Shown here one piece after another: positions 49,270-61,020 of a stretch of DNA of 64,000 bases. Under the pieces are notes generated by a model. The model searched no databases. It was given only the letters and a program-made list of their open reading frames with translations, and was not told where the DNA came from. Position 1 is the first letter of the stretch. Each line of letters begins with the position of its first letter. The DNA is taken from positions 87,106,139 through 87,170,138 of the forward strand of contig NC_057718.1 in assembly GCF_004010195.1 (NCBI RefSeq), written 5' to 3'. This stretch comes from Chiloscyllium plagiosum (taxonomy: Eukaryota). A program made the translations under genes and the position numbers.

Positions 49270-52200
49270 CTTTCCTTCCTAACTTCAGGGTGCTTGAGTC
49301 AAAATTAGGAGAGATTTGTCCCACCCGCTAATCATGAAACAGCCATACATAGTCATCCTCTCGGAATTATACCTTACAGACAATGTCCCAGATGCTACCA
49401 TCACTATCCTGTGTCTGTATGTCCTGTTCAGCAGGAAGACTACCCACCAAGGGTGTCAGTGTAGTGATATACAGTTGGGACTTAGTTGCCCACGAAGTGC
49501 TCAACGTTGAATTAGGAGCATAGGAATGCATCTTGTGCTGTCAACTCAAACATGGGCAAGGCAACATTCTGCTTATTACTATTGTAAGAAACAATAGTTG
49601 AGATCCTTGTATATCTATGGTTATTATATACAGTAGTATTTAGAATTAATGTATATAAATACCGTCACTTTAAAGTATAAGCCTGAGAATAGTCCTTGAC
49701 TTCATTTCAGAATAGAAAATAGAGTGTAGGATCAGATGTAGCTATTTAGCCCTTTGAGCGTGCTCACCATTCAATATGATCATGGTTGATCATCCAACTC
49801 AGTACCCTTTTTCCATTTTCTCCCATATCCTTTGATTCCTTTAGCCAAAAGAAATTTATCTATCTCCTTCTTGAATACACTTTCTGTGACAAAGAATCCA
49901 CAGACTCAGCCCTTTCTGAGTGAAGACATTTCTCCCCATCTCTGTCCTAAAAGGCCAACCCCTAATCTCTCCCCAGAATTCAGTCACACTACCCAATAAT
50001 CAGTCTGGTAAACCTCCTTTGCAGACCCTCAATAGCCTTCCTCAGACAAGGAGTCCAATACTCCAGGTATTGTCTTACCCATGCCCTGTAAAATTGCAAC
50101 AAGACATTCCTGCTTCTGTATTCAAATCCTCTCACTATGAGGATTGACACAGTATTTGCCACCTACTGCACCTGCATGCTCACTCTCAACATCTGGTATA
50201 AGAGGACACCCAGGTCTTGTTGCATTTCTCCCTTTCCCAATCTATTATCCTTCAGACAATCTGCCTGCCTGTTTTTGCTACCAAAATAGATAACCTTACA
50301 TTTATCCACAACTGTATGAATCTGCCATTTATTTGCCCACTTTCTTAACTTGTCCAAATCACAGTGATGCTGCTTGGCATCCTCCTCACAGCATACCCTC
50401 CCACTCAGCTCCGTGTCATCTGCAGACTGGAAGATATGACATAGATTTTCTCAAAGGTCATTCATTTATATTGTGAATAGCTGGGGTCCAAGCACTGATC
50501 CTGACAGTACCTCACTAGTCTTTGCCTGCCTCTCAGAAAAAGTCCCTTTTATCCCTACTCTTTGTTTCCAGTCTGCCACCCAGTTCTCAATTCAACTCCG
50601 CACATGGCCTCCAATCTTATGTACTTTAATTTTGCATTCTGATCTGTTATATGGGACCTTATTGAAAGCCTTCTGAAAATCCAAGTAAGCCTTTCTCTAT
50701 GACCAGTCTGTAAAGGACCCTAACTCCAAGATGGTAGCAGCAAAGGCGTTTACTGACTAGAAAATGATGGCAACAGTAAAGATCAAGAAACAGACCTGAG
50801 ATCATCTACAGAAGTTAAGAAGTCAAAATTATTTTTTCCAAAAAATAATTATTACAGCTTTAACAACAGCCAGAGAAAAGCCACAAGACCTGAACATCCA
50901 CTGTAAAGGAAACATCTTCAAACAGAAACTCTTCTAGAGAAACACCAAAACTCTATTAGTCTCAGACTTTTACAGGAGCAAGAAGCCTTTAAAAACCACA
51001 GCGACAGCAGTAAAGGCCCACTGGCAACCGGGGGAAGATTTGAATTGAAAGAACAGAGGTGGTGAGGGAACCAACAAGAGAGAAGCACATGCTTGAACTC
51101 ATCCTCACCAATCTGCTTGGCACAGATGCATCTGTTTTTGACAATATCAATAAGAGTGACCACTGCACAGTCCTTGACAAGATGAAATCCTGACTGTCCA
51201 AACTAATAATACCTTATATCATGTTGTGTGGCACTATCACTGTGCTAAATGGGACACACTTCAAACAGATCTAGCAACTCAAGACAGGGTATCCATGAGA
51301 TGCTTGGACCAACAGCAACAGAAGACTTGTACTCCAACATAATCTGTAACCTCATGTCCCGGCATATCTCCCATTCTATCATAAAACCATGGGATCAACG
51401 CAGGTTCAATGGAGAGTACAGGAGGCCATGCCAAGAGAAGGAGTAACTAAAGCATAACTAAAAATGAATTATCAACCTAATGAAGCTACAAAACAGGGAT
51501 ATTTGTGTGCCAAACAGCACTGGCAGCAAGTGAGAGACAGAGACAAGTGATCCCACAACCAATGAATCAGATCTAAGCTCTGGCTCCACAAACATCCCCA
51601 ACCTGAATAATTTGGGAACCCAGGACAAGTGCAAAAGATAAGGCTGAAGCATTCGGAACTAACTTCAGTCAGAAATTCCAAATGGATGATCCATCTTGGC
51701 CTCCTCCAGAGGTCCCCAGCATCACACATGCCAGTGATTAGCCAATTTAGTTTGCTCCATGTGATATCAAGAAACATTTGGAGGCACTTGATACTGGAAA
51801 AGATATGTATAGACCCTGACAACATCATGGCAATACACTGAAGACTTGTGCTCCAGAATATGCTGCACCCTGGCCAAACTGTTTCAGTACAGCTGCAAAA
51901 CGGGCATCTACTCAACCATGTGGAAAATTCTCATGCATGTCTCATGGACAAAAAAGGAGGATAAATATAACCACTACCATCTAGAAAGATAGAGACAGCA
52001 GATACATGGGAATATAAACACCTGCAAGTTTCCCTCCAAGCTGCTCACCATCCAAACTTGGAAATACATTACTGTTCCTTCAGTGTTGTTGACTCCCTAT
52101 CTAATGGCTTTGTGAGTATACCACACAAATCGCAGCAGATTAAGGATGCAGCTCATTATCATTTTCTCAAAGACAACTAGCATGGGTAATAAATGCTGGT

Positions 52201-53015
52201 CCAGCCAGTGACACCCACATCCTAGCACAAATGATTAAAAAAAAAGGTATAAATTTCAGCATCATTCACATCTTGGATACTGAAACAGTCAAAGTCTATT
52301 TGCAGCAATACCTGGGCAATATTTGGATTTGGGCTGATAAGTAGTAAACACAATCATGTCACACAAATGACAGATAATAACAATCTCCAACAAGTGAGAC
52401 TTGAACCATCACTTCTTGAAATTCTATGGCATAACCAAATCCCTAATTATCAACATCGTGTAGGTTACAATTGACCAGAACCTGAACTGGATCCATGTAA
52501 AAACTATGATTAGAAGAGCAGGTCTGGGAGAGGCTAGAAATTGTGTGGTAAGTAACTCAGCTCTTTTCTCCCTCATCATTGTCCATCCTTTACAAGACAC
52601 GTGTCAGGAGGTGATGAAATGCTCTTCATTTGCCTGGATGACTGTAGCTCCAACAGCACTCAAGACGTTCAACACCATCCAAAACAAAGCATCTTGCTTG
52701 ATTGCCACCATACACACTATTTTTGCCACTCTTCCAAAGTACCAGCTACAAGTTGCGTAACAGTGACTCAGCAAGCCTCCTTCAGTTGCAACTTCCAAAC
52801 TCATGATTTCCCAGGACAAGAGGAATACCATCACACATAAGTTCCCCTGAAAGCTACACACCATTCTAACTTGGAATTATATTTGTGTTCCTTCACTGTC
52901 ATTAGGTGAAATCCTGGAACTCCCTTCATAACATCACTGTGGGTGTCCATAAACTTCAAAGACTGCAGCAGTTCAAGAAGATAGTTCACCACCACCTTCT
53001 CCATTGCAATTAGGG
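49270..53015 (+). mobile_element. Fragmented APE-RT LINE of a second family, interrupted by a CR1 and with a duplicated 3' end
   Basis: EN-like IVILSELYLTDNVPDATITI (49340); RT-like DPDNI..LKTCAPEYAAPLAKLFQYS (51810-51900). 3' ends at ~51970-52245 (AATAAA, poly-A) and ~52810-53015; another fragment at 61020-61145. Clade not determined. Confidence 0.65.
49725..50690 (-). mobile_element. Old CR1 fragment
   Basis: Minus-strand DFQKAFNKVP, SVLGPQLFTI, WANKWQ..KCKVIYFG. Confidence 0.8.
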
Positions 53016-54020
53016 CAGCCACCCAGTAGGTCATCCAATGCAACAGACCATGATGCTGAATAGACTATCTCTACCTCTACATTGGGATTTCCCAAACATA
53101 GTGATGAAAAAGGAAAATTGAAACAAATGTGAACAAAGGTGATATGAGTGATATTTTCCCTGAATCTCTTACTTGTTAAAATACACACAACATAATTTGT
53201 TTTCTTCATTATTTATTTAATATTAAGACTTGTTGGAGCCTGTCATAGTATCTGATGTAACAGTAATGGCCTAGCCCATGTTTCTCCGTGTGTAAGCTGG
53301 AGACGACATAGAGACACAGAGATTATTTCTGAATAACGTTGACATTTTGTCCATTCTTTATTCAATGTTCACATGAATTGTTACTTTGGGGATGATCATT
53401 ATGGGAAACATGGCTTACAAAGCAGGCATAGCTGTTCTCCCTTCTTGGCACTCTGGAGAATATTGGCCCTCTTCATTCTCAGTGGATATAAATTAGTCTG
53501 AAGCAGTACATTCAAAGTACTTGAAAGATTTTGGTGGATTGGAATAATTGAGCAAGTGAAACTATTATATGAATGTTCACATATCAAAGAATTTTCTTGG
53601 TACCAGCACTCACTGGCGAATGTATAGAACAAAACTGTGTTCACTCATATATTCTTGCTAGTAGAGGACATAAGTCTATAGTTTACTCAGCAAGGGAGGT
53701 TGGAAGGGTCAAGTCTACACCTCAGAAAGACAAATGGAAGTCTGGCAATGGATTGATAATAATGCAGATGAATTATTGTTGTGTGAATCAATTAATTGTC
53801 CCGAGAATGCCTTACAAATCTCTTCATGACCCTGGCATCCATAAAAGACTCATTTGGATTTAAGACATCCTCCTCATGCTCTGACAAATCCCCATTATCT
53901 AAGGAGAGCTGACTTTCCTTCTGAATTTTCATTGCAATATCTATCTACGCTGCAACTGCCATGTTATGCTGTGCAGAACGAACCACAATTATTCATGATA
54001 TATTCATGATATATGATGTT

Positions 54021-54350
54021 TGTGGGCGGCACGGTGGCCAAGTGAGTAGCACTGCTGCCTCACAGCGCCAGAGACCCGGGTTCAATTCCCGCCTCAGGCG
54101 ACTCTCTGTGTGGAGTTTGCACATTCTCCCCGTGTCTGCGTGGGTTTCCTCCGGGTGCTCCGGTTTCCTCCCACAATCCAAAAATGTGCAGGTTAGGTGA
54201 ATTGGCCATGCTAAATTGCCCGTAGTGTTAGGTGAAGGGGTAAATGTAGGAGAATGGGTCTGGGTGGGTTACGCTTCAGCGGGTCGGTGTGGACTTGTTG
54301 GGCCGAAGGGCCTGTTTCCACACTGTAAGTAATCTAAATCTAAGTAAATC
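54021..54350 (+). mobile_element. HE1-like SINE, young full-length copy
   Basis: CpG-rich, intact B box GGGTTCAATTCC, AATCTA tail. Confidence 0.92.
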
Positions 54351-55360
54351 TCGGGTATGTATTTCAGAGTGCTGCCAGACCAGAACAGGCAGCATTTTAC
54401 AAAGGCCAGTTATGTAGTGGATGACAACTCTGATGGATACATGAATTTGATTACTATGTTCTTCTGCCTTGCTCTGGGATGCCTTGCAGGCGTCATTAAT
54501 TTTTTATGTAGATGATAACCCTGACTACTGAAGACCATCCATCAACCTGAGCTGAGATTTCAACCTCTAGAGTCTTTTGTTGCGTGAAATGTAGGCATTA
54601 TGACAGCTGTCTGGGAAATGAGTACAGATATATCTTATTCTTCTCCTGTAGTAACACACCGGTAGTGTGTTCATGGACTGAAATTCTATGATTTATAAAT
54701 GCCTCTGGCTGTTTGAAAGAGAGATTTTATGGTCACATTAGTGCACTGAAGAAACCCATGATAATAGCATACATGGCTGATCTTGCTGCCTGGCTATCTT
54801 TATAAGTGGCGAAATGGATAAAATAGTTGACATGACTAAATGAGATGTTGGTCATCTCATTTATGCACCCATGAGTTGTAGTCTGTGATGAAATGTTGCC
54901 TGTTGCACCCTAGAAGGTACTGCTGGATAAAAAATGAGTTCTGCTGCAACCTTGAGGGCAACTGGAATGGGTTTCCCATCAATCCACATGTCTGTGGATA
55001 TTAATAAACACTTCCTGTCTACCAACAGTCTCTTATTTTAATCCTATAAATCCACATATAATTCTAGTCAATCTGTGCTGCACACCACCTCCCCAGATCT
55101 GCTCTAATTGGAGCTTTATTTAATTCTAAGGTAACTTCAATAGTTCTCTATTCCAGAACTCTTGAAAAAAAGCACTAACATTGCAGCAACCTTTATAATG
55201 TTTTAAAATATCTGTTTATAATAGGTGCCTTGGTTTAAGGTGGTATTGAAGAAAAGCAAATTCTTCTTGTTTTTTCAAATAAACTGAAATCACACAATTT
55301 AATTTGAAAAAGACTATTTGGTATTTCATTGTCAGTTTCCTTTTATTATTTCTCTGCTAG

Positions 55361-55499
55361 GTCTTCAACACTGCTGTTTACGCCACCGTTGCACACGCCC
55401 TTGATGCTTGCCCAAGTACTGAAGACTATTTTGCTCTTAGAACACTCTTAGTTGATAGCTCTCCAAAGCAGCTTAGGATCGAAGAGAGATCTTGCATAA
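55361..55499 (+). CDS. ADGB: Androglobin exon (139 nt, phase 0-1), globin G-H region: VFNTAVYATVAHALDACPSTEDYFALRTLLVDSSPKQLRIEERSCI
   Basis: Long pyrimidine tract..ctag| acceptor, A|gtgagt donor. VF...FALRTLLVD resembles recalled human VF...FAFRAMVLD. Phase is consistent with both neighbours. Confidence 0.87.
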
Positions 55500-55849
55500 G
55501 TGAGTGTAATGATACCACTTGATACGTAACTTGAGGAGATGGGACAATGGATTTCAAATCAATATGTATGAAGGAAATATTTATTGAATACTTTGAAAGC
55601 ACTTGGAAAGAAAGTTGAGAAACTTTGTTTCACTATTTTTCTGAGCAGCCAGTAGCCAGTGCACTTTCTAATTCCTGAAATACAGCTACTATATTTTTAT
55701 TGAAATACTTACTGCATTTATAATTAACATATTTAATTTAACTAATGATCCTGTACAAGTAGATCCCTCATAATAAAATATTAGCATGAAACTACAAATT
55801 GAAAACAGTTTCATAAAAGATATTGATAATTCTGAACAGCATCTTCTTG

Positions 55850-56030
55850 CCTTGCATCTAACCTTTAAATCTTTGGACTGTGGAGGAAACTGGACCAGCC
55901 AGGAGAAATCCACGCAGACACGGGGAGAGCATACAAATTCCACATAGACAGTCACCCAAGATTGGAATTGAACCCAGGTCCCTTGCACAGTGTGGCAGCA
56001 GTGCTAACCACTGAGCCACTGTGCTGCCCT
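55850..56030 (-). mobile_element. HE1-like SINE 5' half
   Basis: GGAATTGAACCC..GCAGTGCTAACCACTGAGCCAC (reverse head). Confidence 0.8.
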
Positions 56031-56104
56031 ATCCAAAAATGCTAATTAGCTAATAACAAATTAAATACTTTGAAAGTTTAATCACTATGTTCCAAAGCAT
56101 AGGG

Positions 56105-56450
56105 AAGCTTGCCAGACAGTTTGAACACAACAAGGTGCCAGAAACATCAATGCCGTAATGACCAGACCGTCTGCTTTTGGGGTTGAGGAATAAATATTAA
56201 CCTGGACACTAGGGAAAACACCTTTCCACTTTCATAAAATAATTTCATGTAATCATTTAAGTCCACCTGAAGAAGTAGACGTCACAGTTTAATATTGTAT
56301 TTGAAATGTGACAGCTCCAACAATGCAGCACTTTCTTAACAGTAATGCATTGGATTGTCATCCTAGACCTTTTATCGTTAAGCCTGTAAAGTGGGATTGA
56401 TCCCAGGATCCTCTAATTCAGGTCACAATGCAACCACTGAGCCATAGCTG
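56105..56450 (-). mobile_element. Ancient DeuSINE-like element (related relics at ~7250-7470 and ~32090-32400)
   Basis: CCACCTGAG..GTTTAA..GACAGC..CAATGCAGCACT..GCATTGGA.TGTCA.CCTAGA, then a reverse tRNA-like head. Confidence 0.5.
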
Positions 56451-57991
56451 TAATATGGATGGTGTTTTAAAACACCTCAGAAATCATCACTGGAAACGAC
56501 TAATAAAGACAAACTGTTTCTCCAATGCCATTTTTGTTTTTAAATAACAAGTGGTTTCCAAGCTAGAAATGATGTGTCCTACTTCACATGAAAGAAAGTA
56601 CAGATACATTTCACTTAGCAGTAAAGAACAGACAAGAAAGAGAGGAACAAAATTGGGACGGTGTCGCTAAAATGCTAAAAACAATTAATAAGGCTAAAAT
56701 CAGCAAGTCATTTAACTGTAACATAGGAACAAAAAAGAACTTGATTCAGAGACTACTTCCATACATAAAAGATCAATAAATGCTGGACCAGCCAGCAATG
56801 TCCATGTTCCACAAGAGAATTAAAAAAAAGAGTCAAATCATCTGAATCATGAGCTACGTGATTTGAAATAAAATTGAACTCCTTTCACAAACTATCTGTT
56901 ATCTTGGAGTTGACATGTAGGTTTGAAGCCTTCCTTTCTGTAAGACCTCCTTCTCCACCTGACTATATTGATAGTAGACGCTGGCTTTCTGCTCCTTACC
57001 TATGAGATCATCATACATCAGAATTTAGCAGGGCCACAAGTCGGATTTGGATTCGTGAGACCTTCTCTTTTAGCCTATGAATCATTGAAGACCAGGTGTC
57101 CAATTCAAGATCCTGAAGAGGGGTCAAGACGTTAACTCAAAACATTACATCTGCTTTCTCTGCACAGATGCTGCCGGACCTGCTGAGTTTCTCCAGCAAT
57201 TTCTGATTTTGTTTCAGAATTTTCATTACCCACTGTTCTTTGTTTTATTCAAGATCCTTGTCAGGATTCTGTGGATGTACCAATGTGTGCTCCATGGGAA
57301 GTTTGAAGATACATTAGGCAATTCCTGAGCACCTCAGGACCCTCCACAAAAGCCTCCAACTTTTGTTTCAAGTCAAAAGTTTCAGGACAATTCAGACTTA
57401 CTTAGCTGGATATTCTGGCAGTAAATGTTAGACAGATACATCCTAGTCTAACTGCTGGGTAGCAACAAAACTAAACTCCCTACCCAAGTCATTCACACTA
57501 ATCCCCAAGTCCAACTGTCCCACTAACTTCCCAAGAAGTTCCTGACACAACCGGATTACTTCCAATATATTATATCCCTGAAATTAGGCCTTGTTGAGCC
57601 CAATTAAAGCAGAAGTATCGTTTTCTAATGATCACTTAGAGGTTAGATGAGCTGTTAACGAGCTTTATAAACCAACCGTCAACTTACTTATTGGTTTGAA
57701 GATCATAATGTTTATAATGAATCCCAAGAGTTTGTCTCCTAATTTATGAGATGGATATGTTTGGCATTACTCAAAGGGAGCTGTTGATACAGTTAATTGA
57801 ATGCAATAGTGCTGCTATAAATTTTTCAAGTATAAGTGGTGGAGAGATTTAGAGAGCCACAGGTAATGACCAATGGTGTATTGATCAACGGCTAATTTCA
57901 TTGCAATATTGCATGTACTTGCAGCCTATCACAGTTGTCAAGAAATGTCATTATATCCTTAAACATCCAGTGTGAAGAAACTTACCACTGC

Positions 57992-58082
57992 TTATTATAG
58001 ACTGACATATTATACACAGTTACACAGGGCAGTGTTATTTATTATAGACTGACATATTATACACAGTTACACAGGACAGTGT
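57992..58082. repeat. Tandem duplication, 47-bp period, ~2 copies
   Basis: TTATTATAGACTGACATATTATACACAGTTACACAGG(G/A)CAGTGT at 57992 and 58039. Confidence 0.95.
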
Positions 58083-58091
58083 AACCTGTCA

Positions 58092-58224
58092 TTCTCTCTT
58101 TCTCCCTCTCTCCTTCCCCCCTCCTTTCCCCCTCTCCCCTCTCTCCTTCCCCCTCTCCTTCTCCCTCTCTCCTTCCCCCCTCCTTTCCTTCTCTCCGTTT
58201 CCCCTCTCTCCTTTCCCCTTCCTT
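58092..58224. repeat. Polypyrimidine (CT-rich) tract
   Basis: ~130 nt of C/T with a single G. Confidence 0.95.
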
Positions 58225-58845
58225 ACCCTGCTAAATGAAACCAGGTAGGACTGCACACAGTTGGAGCCAAATATGAAGCACAGCAATCCCAGTTCAAAAC
58301 GTTGTACAATCACTATCAAGGTTCTGGCTCAAATAAATGTTCTGCATAGTTTTCTTCCAGGTACACCTCCCTATCTTCAGTTTCTAACAATATTCAACAG
58401 ATAGTTGAAGAATAAAAATGATTGATGCCATGTGCATAAAAGAAGCTGTCAATGACTGAACATTTTGCAACACGCCTATTTTGATTTCAGCAGCGTGAAC
58501 CAGCTGTTGAGTCTTGTTAACCCGCTTCTGCCCTCATGGCATAGATCAATTTTAACCTTGTTGCCTGGGACGTGGAACCCACACACATTTCCTCTGCAAA
58601 GCCTTCTCCTGCCATCTCCTGACATTCACATCATGGGCCAATCTCTCCACCAAGATCTCAGCTTTGAAAAATAGTCTCATTTGTCAAAACTCTATACTTG
58701 AGGTGAATGATAGTATTCCCCAGCAAATAGAAATTTGTTAACAACTGTGATAAGGTTAAAAGTAGTCATTGCTTTGTTATGTTGAGATTCTAGCATAATG
58801 CTTTACCTTTTCATAATTTCATGAAACACTTACTGTTTTAATAAG

Positions 58846-58977
58846 GTTCTGTTTCTGAAGTGCCTGAATCATGGAAAGAGAGGACCCCAACTAAACAGGA
58901 AGATGTAGCTGCCAGCAGAATACAGACTTGGTGGAGAGGTCTGGTCATTGGTGAACTCAGGTTTGCAAGCAAGATAG
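58846..58977 (+). CDS. ADGB: Androglobin IQ-motif exon (132 nt, phase 1-1): SVSEVPESWKERTPTKQEDVAASRIQTWWRGLVIGELRFASKI
   Basis: ttttaataag| acceptor (in-frame alternative at 58861), G|gtatgg donor. AASRIQTWWRG resembles recalled human AAAIKIQAMWRG. Confidence 0.9.
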
Positions 58978-59210
58978 GTATGGTTTACAACTCTTTGCTT
59001 CAGAAACTGAGAGATATAAAGATACCAGAAGTCTGAGTTGGGAAAGTTCCTGACTCTGGAAATCATTGAATGTTAAGAATGCCCCTCTATGCACTTAATT
59101 TCATTTTGATGAGTTGGCAGAAGGTTGGAATCAAGCCTGCTGCCTTCATAGGCAAAGCTAAGTGAGCAATAGAGACAGATAGATGGTGGCATGGCCAGCA
59201 AATTGGAGGA

Positions 59211-59408
59211 GTGGTACTGGAAAGGCACAGCATGTCAGGCAGCATCCGAGGAGCAGGAAAATTGATGTTTCTGGCAGGAGCCTGATGAAGGGCTCCTGCC
59301 CGAAATGTTGATTTTCCTGCTCCTCGGATGCTGCCTGACCTGCTGTGCTTTTCCAACACAACTCTAATCTTGACTCTAATCTCCAGCATCTGCAGTCCTC
59401 ACTTTCAC
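59211..59408 (+). mobile_element. Fold-back Penelope-like insert (family A) with hammerhead core at 59282-59309
   Basis: 16-bp TSD CCAGCAAATTGGAGGA at 59195-59210 and 59409-59424. CTGATGA-A-GGGC-TCCT-GCCC-GAAA-TGTT. Inverted arms of ~70 bp. Confidence 0.78.
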
Positions 59409-60249
59409 CCAGCAAATTGGAGGACTCAAGTCCATTTACAGGGACATTAGTGCATGACTGTTAGGCACTAAAGCCTACTTTCATCGATACAATTTCCAAA
59501 TGATCTCAATATAAATGTTTGGTTGAGCTCCAAGAATGGATTAAACAACCTAGCTCAACGAGCAATGTTTACAAAACTACAGAGGAGAATGAAATCTTTG
59601 CTTCGTTGACATTTCTAGTGTCTAATAATAACCTGCTCTTAGAAGAGTTTTTCTCAATGTCTGTATGTTTATTAACACAAGATCAAGAGGTGTGAAATCG
59701 ATAGTAACTTTTGTCATTGATAATATGAATGACTGTAATTACTTGACACCATTATATGAAGATAAGGTGAGTAATGCCTTTCAATGGTTTTCAAACATTT
59801 TCAAATTTCAAAGATTGGGTGGCTGATTTTTGCTTCCAAATTCCCCCTCGACTTCCAATGCCTCTGTGGTGCCATGAACCGCATCACCCAACAAATTGGG
59901 CCAGGTTCCATTATAATTGAAGAGAGGGGATGTTGCTTGAAGTCAAAGTCGATAAATAGAACTAGTAATTGGGGTAGCGCTGTTTGCTAACTACTGCCTG
60001 CACACTTATCCTGTGCTCGAATCAGGAATGGGGCCAGAAAAACCAAACTCAGGTCACACTATCTTTAAAGTCCTTCCAAATCAGCCCCAACTCTAGAAGA
60101 TATCGGGACGTGAGTAACAGTATATGACATGTCATTTTGCAGCAAACAATAAAACATCTTTTCCCAATGTGTATTGCATGATTGAACCACCCAACAAGAT
60201 TGGACAGAATATGTAAAACAGTAAAGAATGACTCAATGGTTAATAAGGA

Positions 60250-61020
60250 GGAAAAAATATAAAATACAAGAGAAAGCTACCTAGAGATACAGATAATAAG
60301 AGTTTCTATAGACTCTTAACAAAGAGTTACCAAAGTGAATATTGGTCCCAGAGAAATTGAGTATGAAGAATTAATAATAGAAAATCAGGAGATGTCAGAT
60401 GAATTGAACAAGTATTTTGCATGACTTCATTATGTAGGATGCAAGGAACATCCTAAAAATAGCTGTAAATCAGCAAGTGGAAGGGAGAAAGAAACTGGAG
60501 AAAATCACAGTCACCAAGGAAGTGGTACTGAGCAAATCATTAGAGCTGCAGGCTGACAAATCCCTGGGTTCTGATAGAATTTAGGCTCAGGTCTTAAAAG
60601 AAGTGGCTAGTTAATTGATTAAATTTAATTTTCCAAAATTCTTTCGATTTATGGAAGGTTCCATTAGTTTGGAAAATAGCAAAAGTAACTCTTCCATTCA
60701 AAAAGGAAAGGAAATATAAATCAGGGCACTATAGACCAATTAGCTTAACATCTAACATTGGAAAAATGTTAAAGCTATTATTAAAGACATTATTGCTGAG
60801 CACTTAGTTAACTTCAGGATGTTCAGACAAGTCAACATGGTTTTGAGAAAGGAAAATCATTTTAAGTGCTGTGGAGAAAGGGTAATTAGTGGGTCTAATG
60901 TACTTAGATTTCCAGAAAGCATTTAGTATAATGGCTCATCAAAGATTATTGCAGATATTTAACCATAGTGTAAGAGGGAACATAATTGTAGAGATAGAAG
61001 GTTACTAGCTAACAGAAAAT
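60250..61020 (+). mobile_element. Old CR1 RT fragment
   Basis: WKIAKVT..FKK..HYRPISLTSNIGKML, MYLDFQKAF. Confidence 0.75.

Noticed and set aside
57992..58082. CRISPR-like repeat
   Set aside because: Two adjacent copies without unique spacers, in eukaryotic intron context.
58350..58420. Strong-looking acceptor TTTTCTTCCAG as an extra exon
   Set aside because: The required frame reaches TAG within ~15 codons and there is no ADGB similarity.
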